Below, piece by piece: positions 7,569 through 17,617 of a DNA stretch of 32,000 nucleotides (position 1 is the stretch's first letter; each line of letters starts with the position of its first letter). The stretch lies in contig JAZNHR010000024.1 of NCBI GenBank assembly GCA_045577075.1, positions 10,169-42,168 of the forward strand, in the 5' to 3' direction. The stretch comes from Clostridia bacterium. Lineage in GTDB: Bacteria; Bacillota; Clostridia; UMGS1883; UMGS1540. A program made the position numbers and the translations under genes. The notes beneath the pieces are model-generated. The model was not told where the DNA came from. It did no database searches and was given only the letters and a program-made list of their open reading frames with translations.

Positions 7569-8819
7569 TTATACGCGCCGAATCCGAGCGCCGAGAGATT
7601 GCATATCTTCTATAAACGTGTCATACCCTCTGTCAATATGGGCTGTGCCGCACACCGTAGTTTCTCCTTCTGCACGAAGGCCGGCAATCACAAGTGCCGC
7701 GCCGCCCCGAAGCTCCATCGCCTCCACCTTCGCCCCCACCAGATTGGGAACGCCGCGAATAACCGCCACGCTTCCCCGGGTTGTAATATCCGCGCCCATG
7801 CGGCAAAGCTCACTGCAGTGCTTAAACCGATTTTGAAAAATTGTTTCTTCCACGACGCTTGTGCCGTCAGCTACCGTCAGCATTGCCGTAACAAGTGCCT
7901 GGGCATCGGTGGGAAACCCGGGATAGGGCATGGTGCGAAGAAGCTTTATGGGCTGCAGGCGCCCGCCTGCCGTAAGCCGAATACTGTCGCCTGCGACCGA
8001 AAGCTTTACGCCTGCATCTCGGAGAACTGCCAGCACTGCCCCGATATGGGAGGGGTCTACGCGCAGAAGTTCAATATCTCCACCGCATATAGCCCCTGCG
8101 CAAAGATAGGTCGCTGCCACGATTCTGTCAGGGATTACGCGGTGCTCTGCGCCGTGCAGGTGTTTAACACCCGTAATACGGATTTCGTCCGTTCCCGCGC
8201 CCCGAATCTTGGCGCCCATTTTGTTCAGAAAATTTTGTAAATCGCAAATTTCAGGTTCTTTTGCCGCATTGGTCAGCACCGTTTCTCCTCTTGCCAAGGA
8301 TGCTGCCATCATGAGATTTTCCGTAGCCCCAACGCTTGGGAAATCCAGATGCACCCGTCCACCGGAAAAGTCGCCCAGCTCTGCACGAACAAAACCGCCC
8401 TTCTCCGTTACGTGCATGCCGATTTTCCGAAGTGCTTTAATATGTAAATCAATAGGCCTCGGCCCAAGCTCACATCCGCCCGGGAAGCTCATTTCCGCCT
8501 TGCCGCACCGTGCGGTCATAGCACCTAAAAAGGTAATAGACGAGCGCATTTTGTGCATAAGAGAATCGGGAATGGTGCTTTGTAAAATTTGAGAAGCATC
8601 CACCGTGACGGCGTCCCCCTCGCGGCTTGTTTTACATCCTGCGCACTCCAGAATTTCCAGCGAGCAGTCCACATCATTTAAATTCGGGCAACCATGAATA
8701 ATGCTTGTGCCCTCGCCAAGTACCGTTGCCGCCAAAATCGGCAATACGGAGTTTTTGGCACCGTGGACAAGTGCACTGCCCGAAAGCCGCTGTCCGCCGG
8801 TTATATTGATTGTATACAT
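7569..8819 (-). CDS. murA: UDP-N-acetylglucosamine 1-carboxyvinyltransferase MurA
   Basis: N-terminal INITGGQRLSGSALVHGAKNSVLPILAA and the active-site loop FPGGCELGPRPIDLH, with the catalytic Cys present. ATG 8819 is preceded by GGAGGTG. Confidence 0.95.
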   Translation of the reverse strand: MYTINITGGQRLSGSALVHGAKNSVLPILAATVLGEGTSIIHGCPNLNDVDCSLEILECAGCKTSREGDAVTVDASQILQSTIPDSLMHKMRSSITFLGAMTARCGKAEMSFPGGCELGPRPIDLHIKALRKIGMHVTEKGGFVRAELGDFSGGRVHLDFPSVGATENLMMAASLARGETVLTNAAKEPEICDLQNFLNKMGAKIRGAGTDEIRITGVKHLHGAEHRVIPDRIVAATYLCAGAICGGDIELLRVDPSHIGAVLAVLRDAGVKLSVAGDSIRLTAGGRLQPIKLLRTMPYPGFPTDAQALVTAMLTVADGTSVVEETIFQNRFKHCSELCRMGADITTRGSVAVIRGVPNLVGAKVEAMELRGGAALVIAGLRAEGETTVCGTAHIDRGYDTFIEDMQSLGARIRRV

Positions 8820-8882
8820 TTTACACCTCCATAGTATGTAAGCCTTTAGCAGTACTATACTATGCAGGGCGTAGCTTGTATG

Positions 8883-9962
8883 TTACCGCACATTTTCCAT
8901 GACCCAGTCATAAATTCGCGCACACGCGTCCGTGATAGCACAGCTTTTTGCCGCTTCTTCCATTTCCTTTAAAAGACCGGGACTGGAGAGAAGGGTTTTA
9001 ATCTGCCCTGCCAACACTTCCCCAGAAAGTTCCGATTCCGGAATCAACACCGCCGCGCCGCTTTTTTCCATAGAGCGGGCATTATAGGTCTGGTGGTCGT
9101 TTGTTACGTTCGGGCTGGGCACTAAAATCGCCGCCTTGCCCCGGGCGCAAAGCTCACTTACCGTAATGGCGCCTGCACGGGTGACGGCAAGGCTCGCCTT
9201 TGCCATCACTTCATCCATATTATAAATATACGGCAGAATTTTTTTATTTTCGCAAAGCCGTATCTTTTCGTCTTTAATTCTTTGCATTACCGCATCATAG
9301 TTCCGCTCGCCCGTAGAGGCAATAATGCCGTAATAATCCTGGCCGCCCATTTTCAAAAGTTCAATCAGCGTATCGTTGAGTTTCGCCGCACCGAGACTGC
9401 CACCGGAAATCAACACAAGCGGCTCGCCCGGCGTTTTTGCATCCGATGCCCGAAGCACCTCGGGGCGGATGGGGTTACCGGTTAAAATTACGCGCTTTGG
9501 TTTCTTTTTAAAATACTGTTCCGTTTCCGGAAAGCTAATCGCTGTATCCGCTTTGCCGCTTGACAGGCGAACGGCAAGCCCCGGAAATACATTCTGCTCG
9601 TGGACGAGGGACGGAATTCCTAAGTTTCCTGCCGCAAGCATGACGGGCAGACAGACATAGCCCCCCGTACCAATTACAACATCAGGGCGAAATTCTTTTA
9701 TGATTTTTTTTGCCGCGCCAAAAGAAGTGACAAGCCGTACCGCGGTTTTCAGGTTTTCAAGGGTAAGACGACGGCGAAGGCCCTGCACACGGATATACCG
9801 AATCGCATACCCGGCACGCGGCACAAGCTTTGCTTCCATGCCGCCTTCATTCCCCACAAACAGAAATTCCGTGTCCGGCTTTTGTTCTTTGATATAATTT
9901 GCAATTGCAATGGCAGGGTAAATGTGACCGCCCGTGCCACCGCCGGAAAGTAAAACTCTCAT
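8883..9962 (-). CDS. murG: Lipid II synthase MurG (undecaprenyl-PP-MurNAc-pentapeptide GlcNAc transferase)
   Basis: N-terminal SGGGTGGHIYPAIAIA G-loop. ATGA start/stop overlap with ftsW at 9959-9962. Confidence 0.95.
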   Translation of the reverse strand: MRVLLSGGGTGGHIYPAIAIANYIKEQKPDTEFLFVGNEGGMEAKLVPRAGYAIRYIRVQGLRRRLTLENLKTAVRLVTSFGAAKKIIKEFRPDVVIGTGGYVCLPVMLAAGNLGIPSLVHEQNVFPGLAVRLSSGKADTAISFPETEQYFKKKPKRVILTGNPIRPEVLRASDAKTPGEPLVLISGGSLGAAKLNDTLIELLKMGGQDYYGIIASTGERNYDAVMQRIKDEKIRLCENKKILPYIYNMDEVMAKASLAVTRAGAITVSELCARGKAAILVPSPNVTNDHQTYNARSMEKSGAAVLIPESELSGEVLAGQIKTLLSSPGLLKEMEEAAKSCAITDACARIYDWVMENVR

Positions 9963-11137
9963 CGACTTTCGCCTCCCCGTTTTGCCACAGGCTTCACGCC
10001 TGCTCCAGGTTTTGCCATCGCCCCTCGGGGCTTTATATGCTTTGAAACATTCAGCACAATGCCCATAGCCGTCATAATAAAAATCAGAGACGAGCCGCCT
10101 GCACTAAAGAACGGAAGCTGCATACCGGTATTGGGAATGGACGCCGTTACAACGCCTACGTTGATAAGATACTGCAGTCCGATAATGGAAATAATTCCAA
10201 ACACGGTAAGACTCGAAAAGGTATCGGGGGAATGGAGCGCAATGTATACGCCTCGCGTTATCAAAAGGGCAAATAAAATTGCCACTGCGATTGCACCTAC
10301 AAATCCGAGTTCCTCGCAGATAATGGCATAAATATAGTCATTATGCGCTTCGGGAATATACAAAAATTTCTGTCGACTTTGGCCGAGTCCCAGACCAAAA
10401 AGGCCGCCCGAGGCAATGGCGTAAAGCCCCTGTACAATCTGCCAGCCGTCACCGGTCAAATCCGCAAAGGGGTCGGTAAACGCCAAAAGACGCTTTAAGC
10501 GGTATTCCTCTAAAAATGCCGCCGGCACCAGCACTGCAAGGCCTGCCGCGCCCATAATGGCAAAGTGGGAAATTTTCGCACCGCCGGCAAGAAGCACAAT
10601 CATGGCCGACAGGAAAATAACAACCGCGCCGCTTAAATGGTCCTGCAAAATCATCACGCCTACGAAAGCCCCCAACACCACCATGTAGGGAAGTAAGCCG
10701 TGCACAAAATTTTGCATATGGTTTCGCGGCCGTTCGGAAATTTGCTTTGCAAAATAGAAAATCAATGCAAATTTGGCAAGCTCGGACGGCTGAAAGCGAA
10801 TGGGGCCGATGGCAAGCCATCGCTGTGCCCCACCGCCCGTGCTGCCGATGAGAAGCACCAGTACCAAAAGGAGAAAAGCACCGATGCAAAGAAGTTTCGC
10901 GTATTTTTTGACCAGCTTATAGGGAACGCGCGCCGCCCCTGCCATACAGGCAAAGCCAATCGCGGTCCAGAGAAGCTGTCTTTTAATATAGTATAGCTTA
11001 TCGCCCTCATTGTAGAATGCCGAAGGAGAGCTGGCGCTGAAAACCATAATCAGGCCAAACGCAAGCATGACGAGTATAATCGTTAAAAACGGAATGTCTA
11101 CGCCCTGTGTCGCCGCCTTTTTCGTTTGCTTTTTCAA
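9959..11137 (-). CDS. ftsW: SEDS-family peptidoglycan glycosyltransferase FtsW/SpoVE
   Basis: Polytopic membrane protein with QPSELAKF and PNTGMQLPFFSAGGSSL motifs. Start set at TTG 11137, with AAAGGAG 8 nt upstream. The ORF-track start at 11245 would overlap mraY by 88 nt. Confidence 0.9.
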   Translation of the reverse strand: MKKQTKKAATQGVDIPFLTIILVMLAFGLIMVFSASSPSAFYNEGDKLYYIKRQLLWTAIGFACMAGAARVPYKLVKKYAKLLCIGAFLLLVLVLLIGSTGGGAQRWLAIGPIRFQPSELAKFALIFYFAKQISERPRNHMQNFVHGLLPYMVVLGAFVGVMILQDHLSGAVVIFLSAMIVLLAGGAKISHFAIMGAAGLAVLVPAAFLEEYRLKRLLAFTDPFADLTGDGWQIVQGLYAIASGGLFGLGLGQSRQKFLYIPEAHNDYIYAIICEELGFVGAIAVAILFALLITRGVYIALHSPDTFSSLTVFGIISIIGLQYLINVGVVTASIPNTGMQLPFFSAGGSSLIFIMTAMGIVLNVSKHIKPRGAMAKPGAGVKPVAKRGGESR

Positions 11138-11157
11138 CTTCCGCGCTCCTTTCTTGA

Positions 11158-12105
11158 TTAGCGTATGGCAAAATAGCCGAGGATACAGGCGAGAATGGTC
11201 ACTGCCGTAAAGACCGAAACGATTTTCACTTCGTTCCAGCCGCACATTTCAAAATGATGATGAATCGGGCTCATTTTAAAGATTCGTTTGCCCGTCAGCT
11301 TAAAGGATGCAACCTGGAGTACTACGGAAAGCGTCTCCACGACGTAAATAATGCCGACCACCGCCAAAAGAATTTCCAGCCGCATCAGGATTGCCGCTCC
11401 CGCGACAAAGCCGCCGAGGAAGAGAGAGCCTGTGTCTCCCATGAACACCTTCGCAGGGTGTACGTTAAAGAGAAGAAAGCCCAAAATGCCGCCTGCAAGG
11501 GCAAGGCAGATGTGGCAAAGGGAATTGTTCCCCATTTTATATGCCGCAAAGGAAAGGAATAAGACTACAACTAAAGTTACAAACCCGGCAAGCCCGTCGA
11601 GCCCATCAGTAAGGTTTACAGCGTTTACAAACGCAAGCTGTACAAATACGGCAAAGGGAATAAAGAATATCCCAAGTTCTAGCGGCTTTGCCGCAAAGGG
11701 CACAAATACCATGGTATCTATACTGTTTGTATGGAGCAGATAGAGAATAAATGCCACCGTTACAAGAAGCTGTGCCGCAAACTTTTGAATCGCAGTAAGC
11801 CCGAGATTACGTTTTTTCACTACCTTGATATAATCATCGCAAAAGCCCACAAGGCCGAAAAGTATCGCGCAAACTGTCAGCGCCGCCGAACCCGTGTTTG
11901 TAAGGAAAAACGGCGTAACCATTACAAACGCACCGATAAAGAAGAGACCCCCCATCGTGGGCGTACCGCTTTTCTTTTCGTGCCATGCCGGGCCGATTTC
12001 CCGTATGCTTTGCCCGAATTTCAGTCTTCGGAGTAGCGGCAAAATGAAAATGCCGAGAATAGCAGATGCCATAAATGCAAAAACAAAACTTAAGGCTTTC
12101 TCCAT
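11158..12105 (-). CDS. mraY: Phospho-N-acetylmuramoyl-pentapeptide transferase MraY
   Basis: LRRLKFGQSIREIGPAWHEKKSGTPTMGG, NLTDGLDGLA and SPIHHHFE motifs. Start is ATG 12105, with AGGTGA 5 nt upstream. The GTG at 12114, which overlaps the murF stop, is an alternative. Confidence 0.93.
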   Translation of the reverse strand: MEKALSFVFAFMASAILGIFILPLLRRLKFGQSIREIGPAWHEKKSGTPTMGGLFFIGAFVMVTPFFLTNTGSAALTVCAILFGLVGFCDDYIKVVKKRNLGLTAIQKFAAQLLVTVAFILYLLHTNSIDTMVFVPFAAKPLELGIFFIPFAVFVQLAFVNAVNLTDGLDGLAGFVTLVVVLFLSFAAYKMGNNSLCHICLALAGGILGFLLFNVHPAKVFMGDTGSLFLGGFVAGAAILMRLEILLAVVGIIYVVETLSVVLQVASFKLTGKRIFKMSPIHHHFEMCGWNEVKIVSVFTAVTILACILGYFAIR

Positions 12106-12110
12106 TTTTA

Positions 12111-13433
12111 TCACCTGATTTTTTCAAAAATTTCTTCCATTTTCATACCGTGAGACCCTTTAATAAGCACTCTGTCTCCGGGGCTTAAAATGTCAAGCAG
12201 ATAAGCGGAAAGCGTGTCATTATCGGCAAAGCTTTCGGTTTTGATGCCGCGCCCTTTCGCTTCCTCCGCCAAAAATGCGGAAAACTTACCGACGGTTAAA
12301 ACCATATCTATACCAAAATCCGCCGCTATGTTTCCCACTTCTCTGTGACAGCGTTCCGCAATTTCACCAAGCTCCAGCATATCCCCCAGCACCGCAATTC
12401 TGCGCGTAGCGTTGCCTTTAGAGAGCATTTCGAGGCCTGCACGCATAGACGCCGGGCTTGCATTATAGTAATCACAAATCACAGTAATGCCGGGCCGGAT
12501 TTCTTTTTCGCTTTGGCGAATTCCGTCGGGCTGATAGGAAAGAAGGCCTTCTGCCGCCAAGGAAAGTGAAATGCCGACCGCTTTCCCGACGCACACAGCC
12601 CCAAGGGCATTATAGAGATTATGCTTGCCGCCTAAGGGGACGGAAAACACCGTGCCGTCCAGCGAAAAGCTGTCCTCGCCTAAGATTTCGCCCCGACAGT
12701 CGCAAGCTGGATTTTCAAAGCCAAAACGAATGACTCGAACATTTGGCAGGCTTACGTCTTTTAAAAACGGGTCATCGCCGTTTACAAACAAAGTGCCGCC
12801 TTCCTCGATGCCTTCCGCAATTTCCAGCTTTGCGTCCCGAATATTTTCCTGTGTTTTTAAAGTTTCTATATGACTAAGACCTACATTTGTAATAATCGCC
12901 ACAGAAGGTCTTGCAATCTTCGTAAGGTACGAAATTTCGCCTCTCGCGCTCATGCCCATTTCAATGACAGCCGCCCCGTGCTCCTCCCCGATGGAAAGAA
13001 CGGTAAGGGGAAGCCCGATGGCGTTATTAAAATTCCCAGCCGTCTTTTGCGTGTTAAACCTGGTAGATAAAACTGCCGCTATCATTTCTTTTGTTGTGGT
13101 TTTTCCGACGCTTCCCGTTACCCCTACCACGGGCATAGAAAGCTGAGAACGGTGATAGGCGGCAAGGCGGCCGAGTGCGAGCACGCTGTCCTCGGTTTTT
13201 ATGTATGCACAGCCTTCTTTCGCCGTCGCATCAATATTGCCAATGACAATCCTTGCACCGCTTTCAAAGGCGGCATCTATAAACTGATTGCCGTCAAACC
13301 GTTCGCCCCGAATCGCTACAAAGAGTGCGTCCTTTTCGATGCGGCGGCTGTCGGTAGAAATGTGCTTCGCTTCTGCCGCCCCGTTTCCGCATAAAACGCC
13401 TCCCACCTGCCTTGCAATCTCAATTGCCAGCAT
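12111..13433 (-). CDS. murF: UDP-MurNAc-tripeptide--D-alanyl-D-alanine ligase MurF
   Basis: Mur-ligase P-loop GVTGSVGKTTTKEM, and position between murE and mraY. ATG 13433 is preceded by AAAGGAG. It overlaps the murE 3' end by 14 nt. Confidence 0.93.
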   Translation of the reverse strand: MLAIEIARQVGGVLCGNGAAEAKHISTDSRRIEKDALFVAIRGERFDGNQFIDAAFESGARIVIGNIDATAKEGCAYIKTEDSVLALGRLAAYHRSQLSMPVVGVTGSVGKTTTKEMIAAVLSTRFNTQKTAGNFNNAIGLPLTVLSIGEEHGAAVIEMGMSARGEISYLTKIARPSVAIITNVGLSHIETLKTQENIRDAKLEIAEGIEEGGTLFVNGDDPFLKDVSLPNVRVIRFGFENPACDCRGEILGEDSFSLDGTVFSVPLGGKHNLYNALGAVCVGKAVGISLSLAAEGLLSYQPDGIRQSEKEIRPGITVICDYYNASPASMRAGLEMLSKGNATRRIAVLGDMLELGEIAERCHREVGNIAADFGIDMVLTVGKFSAFLAEEAKGRGIKTESFADNDTLSAYLLDILSPGDRVLIKGSHGMKMEEIFEKIR

Positions 13434-14859
13434 GCTTAAATATCTCCTTTACAATGGCGCGTTCGTCAAAATCAATGGTTTCGTCTTTTAAAATTTGGTA
13501 CGTTTCATGGCCTTTTCCTGCCAAAATTACAACGTCCCCTTCTTCGGCAATGGCCATGGCGTGGGCAATTGCCTCGCGCCTATTCTCCACCACGGTGTAT
13601 GTATCTTTATACGCCGTCATGCCTTCTTCAATATCCCGAATAATGGCTGAAGGGTCCTCCGTGCGAGGGTTATCGCTTGTGACAACCGCAAAGTCGGAAA
13701 GCCGCGCCGCCATTTCGCCCATGATGGGGCGTTTTGTTTTATCTCTGTCCCCACCACAGCCAAAGAGGGTGATAACGCGCCCCTTTGCAAAGCCGCGGAC
13801 GGCATTTATAATGTTTTCAAGGCCGTCGGGGGTGTGGGCGTAATCGATAAGCACGGTGTACGGTGCCGCAATCGGCACCACCTCAGCCCTGCCTTTTACA
13901 CCCTTTGCCAGCACCAGACCTTTTAAAATATCATCCATGGGAATGCCCATACCGAGACACGCCGCCGCACACGCCAAGGCATTATAGACAGAAAACATAC
14001 CCGGAATCCCGAGGCGGATTTCATAAGGCGCACCGGAAACCTTGGTGCTTACAATGACGCCGCGCTCCGAAAGACGAATGTTTTCGCCGCGAAGGGCTGC
14101 CGCCTTTTCTGTGCCAAAGGTCATTACGGGGCATGCCGCTTTCTCCAGTATCTTCTCACCGTAGGCATCATCCAGATTGATAACGCCGTGGCGTGCCTGC
14201 GAGAACAGCTTTGCCTTACATTCCATATAGTTTTCCATGGTTTCATGGAAATCCAGATGGTCCTGTGTCAGATTTGTAAACACGGCTTCGTGGAAGAGGA
14301 TGCCGTGGGTTCTGGAAAGTGCCAGAGAATGGGAGGAAACCTCCATCACCACATAGCTAACGCCGTCCTCTACCATCTCGGCAAGGAGTGCCTGCAGGTC
14401 TACGGATTCCGGCGTTGTCCGCGCGGCAGGGAGAATTTTGTCTCCAATCATATTCTGATTTGTGCCGATAAGGCCCGTCTTGTAGCCTAAAAGGTCAAGC
14501 ACCTGTTTGATAAGATACGTCGTGGTAGTTTTGCCGTTTGTGCCGGTAACGCCAATAATTTTCAGCTTTTTCGCCGGCTCCCCGTAAAAGAGGGCGGCTG
14601 CCTCGGCAAGGGCACACCTTGTATCCTTGCAAATTGCTGTGGGAACGCCCCAGTCTCCGCCTTCCTCTGCTAAAATGGCGGCCGCACCACATTCAATTGC
14701 CTTCTTTATATATGCATGCCCATCCGTCTTGTAGCCGCGTACCGCTACAAAAAGACTGCCCGGCACCACTTTTCTCGAATCGTTCGTAACCGCGGTAATT
14801 TCCACATCACCGCCAAAAAGCGTATGCTCTGTATGCTTTAAGAGTTCTAAAAGTCGCAC
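13420..14859 (-). CDS. murE: UDP-MurNAc-L-Ala-D-Glu--2,6-diaminopimelate ligase MurE
   Basis: P-loop GVTGTNGKTTTTYL. The DNPR motif (VVTSDNPRTEDP) is characteristic of meso-DAP-adding MurE enzymes. GTG 14859 is preceded by GGAAGGAG. Confidence 0.93.
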   Translation of the reverse strand: MRLLELLKHTEHTLFGGDVEITAVTNDSRKVVPGSLFVAVRGYKTDGHAYIKKAIECGAAAILAEEGGDWGVPTAICKDTRCALAEAAALFYGEPAKKLKIIGVTGTNGKTTTTYLIKQVLDLLGYKTGLIGTNQNMIGDKILPAARTTPESVDLQALLAEMVEDGVSYVVMEVSSHSLALSRTHGILFHEAVFTNLTQDHLDFHETMENYMECKAKLFSQARHGVINLDDAYGEKILEKAACPVMTFGTEKAAALRGENIRLSERGVIVSTKVSGAPYEIRLGIPGMFSVYNALACAAACLGMGIPMDDILKGLVLAKGVKGRAEVVPIAAPYTVLIDYAHTPDGLENIINAVRGFAKGRVITLFGCGGDRDKTKRPIMGEMAARLSDFAVVTSDNPRTEDPSAIIRDIEEGMTAYKDTYTVVENRREAIAHAMAIAEEGDVVILAGKGHETYQILKDETIDFDERAIVKEIFKHAGN

Positions 14860-14881
14860 GTTTTGCTCCTTCCAATCTATG

Positions 14882-17080
14882 TTATTCGTTGCCCGTGTAG
14901 CGGAATTCCACCTGCACCACGGTGCCCTGCGGCACTTCTGTGCCTGCCGCCGGCTCTTGCTTTACGGACCGAATGACGCCCTGGGCGTTGAGTCTGCCCG
15001 TGCCGCGCAGCATAAAGTTTAAATTGCTGTTTGCAAGCCCGGCGTTGACCTCGGAAATGCTGAGCCCTACCACATCTGGCACCAGGACGTTTTCTTCCCC
15101 TGCGCCTTCTGTATAGAAAATACACACTGCATCCCGTCTTACAGCCGTGCCCGCGCGGGGCATCTGGCTTGTAACAATACCTTCTTCACTGCCGATGACA
15201 TGATACTTAAGCCCTGCCGCCTTAATAATTTTTACGGCTTCTTCCTTTGTTTTGCCCGTCACGTCCGGCATGTTGATTTCGCTTTCCTGTTCCTCCGCCG
15301 CACTGTACTGGCGTTCTACGCCCAAATACCGAAGTGCATCTTCCATAATTCTGCCTACAACGGGAGCCGCAATCATACTGCCGTAGTATTCGCCAACCGG
15401 GTCGTCTAAAATGACAATGCAGGCAAGCTGGGGGTCATCCGCCGGTGCAAAGCCGAGGAAGGACGCCACATATTTTCCGCAGCCACGAGGCTGCTTTTCA
15501 CTCGTTCCTGTTTTACCGGCAATGCGGTAGCCCTTGACGTATGCGTTCTTACCGCCGCCTTCCGATACCACGCCCTCTAATATGTTGGAAAGGGTGCGGC
15601 TTGTTTCTGCGGAAATGACCTGCCGAACCACCTTCGGCTCCCTGACCTCGATGGCATTGCCGTTCTCGTCGTTAATTTGCTTTACAATGTAGGGCCCCAT
15701 GAGATAGCCGCCGTTTGCGATGGCACTCATCGCCGTTATCATCTGGAGGGGTGTTACGTTAAAGCCCTGTCCAAAGGAGCTTGTAGCAAGCTCCAGTTCG
15801 CGCATCTGCTCTTCAGAAAAGAAAATGCCTTCTGCTTCGCCCGGGAGTTCAAAACCCGTGGTTTCTCCAAAGCCAAAGTTTTTATAGTATTCCCGAAACT
15901 GTTGCTTTCCAAGGCGTGCGCCAATTTCGATAAAAGCAGGGTTGCAGGAATTATGTACTGCCTGTTCAAAGCTTTCCGTGCCGTGGCCGGTGCGTTTATG
16001 ACAGCCAATCGGCACACCCGATACCGTTTTACTGCCGCTGCAGACAAAGCTATCTGAAAGTCCTACCGCGTTTTCTTCCAGTGCCGCGGCCGCCACCATG
16101 GCTTTAAAAGTAGACCCAGGCTCGTAGGTATCCACAACCGCCTTGTTTCGCCAAAGCTTATTCAGTTCCTGACTATATGCCGTCTGGTACTCCTCACCCT
16201 CAAGTTCCTGCAAAGTCGCCAGCACGCCCTCGTCGGTAATGGTCATGGGCTGATTCAAATCATAGTCCGGCTTTGTTGCCATTGCCAGAATTTCGCCGGT
16301 TTTCGGGTTCATAACGATACATGCCGCACCGTTTTGCACCTGGGTTTCGGCAACTGCCGTCTCCAGATGCTTTTCTACAAAGTGCTGAATGGTTTCGTCA
16401 ATGGTCAGTACAAGGTCGCTTCCCTGAACCGGGTCCATGTACTGCTCATATTCATAGGGCATATCCGAGCCGTTTGCACTTTTTGCCGTGATAATACGGC
16501 CGGCTGTGCCCTTTAATATATCATCATAAACACTTTCAAGCCCCCAAAGCCCTTGGTTGTCATTGCCGGTAAAGCCAATGACGTGGGAGGCAAGGCTTCC
16601 ATTTGGATAGTAACGCTTCGTATCTGCATCAAGACGAATACCGGCTAAGTTCAGTGCGCGTATTTTTTCTACCTCTGCCGATTCCACTCTGCGCTTTATA
16701 ATTTCATAGTAACTGTTTTTCTGGGTTTTGGCAAAAACGTCTTCATATTTAAGCTCTAAAATTTCGGAAAGGGCACGGGCGACTTCTTCGGCATTTCCCT
16801 CTTCCTTAATCGTCACCGGCACAACGCAAACCATATTGGTGCTCGCACTTTGTGCCAGCACTTTATAGTTTCTGTCATAAATCGTACCGCGCTCGGAGGA
16901 AACAATACTGTCCCTCGTCTGCTGTTCGATGGCTGCCTGCTTTAAGGAAGGCCCTTTTATAATTTGGAGATACCCTGTGCGAAGCAAAAGCAAAAGCATG
17001 GCACCTAAAATGCCGGCGTAAAGTGCCGTCATTCTTTTCTTAATATTGACCTTGCTTTTTTTCTGTGCCAAAAAGCTCAC
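14882..17080 (-). CDS. Class B penicillin-binding protein (FtsI / PBP2B / SpoVD family) with two C-terminal PASTA domains
   Basis: N-terminal TM anchor. Transpeptidase motifs are STFK (GSTFKAMV), SCN and KTGTS. Two PASTA-like repeats are present (MPDVTGKTKEEAVKIIKAAGL... and VPDVVGLSISEVNAGLANSNL...). GTG 17080 is preceded by GAGGCGAGGA. Confidence 0.92.
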   Translation of the reverse strand: MSFLAQKKSKVNIKKRMTALYAGILGAMLLLLLRTGYLQIIKGPSLKQAAIEQQTRDSIVSSERGTIYDRNYKVLAQSASTNMVCVVPVTIKEEGNAEEVARALSEILELKYEDVFAKTQKNSYYEIIKRRVESAEVEKIRALNLAGIRLDADTKRYYPNGSLASHVIGFTGNDNQGLWGLESVYDDILKGTAGRIITAKSANGSDMPYEYEQYMDPVQGSDLVLTIDETIQHFVEKHLETAVAETQVQNGAACIVMNPKTGEILAMATKPDYDLNQPMTITDEGVLATLQELEGEEYQTAYSQELNKLWRNKAVVDTYEPGSTFKAMVAAAALEENAVGLSDSFVCSGSKTVSGVPIGCHKRTGHGTESFEQAVHNSCNPAFIEIGARLGKQQFREYYKNFGFGETTGFELPGEAEGIFFSEEQMRELELATSSFGQGFNVTPLQMITAMSAIANGGYLMGPYIVKQINDENGNAIEVREPKVVRQVISAETSRTLSNILEGVVSEGGGKNAYVKGYRIAGKTGTSEKQPRGCGKYVASFLGFAPADDPQLACIVILDDPVGEYYGSMIAAPVVGRIMEDALRYLGVERQYSAAEEQESEINMPDVTGKTKEEAVKIIKAAGLKYHVIGSEEGIVTSQMPRAGTAVRRDAVCIFYTEGAGEENVLVPDVVGLSISEVNAGLANSNLNFMLRGTGRLNAQGVIRSVKQEPAAGTEVPQGTVVQVEFRYTGNE

Positions 17081-17151
17081 TCCTCGCCTCTATCAAAAGT
17101 GGGAGCGAGGCCATAATGGCGCGCTCCCTCGCTTGTATATCTTATGGGTGT

Positions 17152-17613
17152 TTAGCCGAAATATTCCAAAAGGTTATCGGCAATGCGTATAAACAAACCC
17201 TTTTCCTCCGTTTTTGGACTTGCCGTCTCCGCATAATCGTGGTTTCCAAGGTCTACATACACGGTCTGCGCCTTTGTAGGACGCTGCATCCCGAGCCGGC
17301 TCATCGCTTCGTCCTCAATCTTACCGAGGTCCATATCCCGTTCAATGGCAAACTGCTGGGATACTGCCTGGGCATTTAAGGCATCAAGCTTTTTTTGCAT
17401 TTCGTCAATTTGTGCGTTTTTCTCCAGAATTTGTGAGTTTGTTAAGAGAATTCCGAAAGCTGCAACAACGGCTGCGCCAAGTAAAACCATGCTGCGTGCG
17501 GCTGTTTTCTTCTTTTTCCGTACCCGGACCTTCTTCACAACCTTCCGCGTAGGTTGCGCGTAGGATTCTTGTTCGTACTTGTAGGCATTACTGCCATATA
17601 CCGGCACCTGCAT
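17152..17613 (-). CDS. ftsL: FtsL-like cell division protein (single TM plus coiled coil)
   Basis: Its position between rsmH and the PBP fits. Basic stretch KKVRVRKKKK, TM LLGAAVVAAFGILL, and a coiled segment QILEKNAQIDEMQKKLDALNAQ. Start is ATG 17613, with AGAGGTGA upstream, rather than ORF-track 17634, which overlaps rsmH. Confidence 0.75.
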   Translation of the reverse strand: MQVPVYGSNAYKYEQESYAQPTRKVVKKVRVRKKKKTAARSMVLLGAAVVAAFGILLTNSQILEKNAQIDEMQKKLDALNAQAVSQQFAIERDMDLGKIEDEAMSRLGMQRPTKAQTVYVDLGNHDYAETASPKTEEKGLFIRIADNLLEYFG

Positions 17614-17617
17614 GATT

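Noticed and set aside
17081-17175. Sigma-E-type promoter in front of the PBP (SpoVD-like) gene (GAATATT ... ATATACAAG)
   Set aside because: The spacer between the two elements is about 20 nt instead of about 14, and the -10 match is weak.
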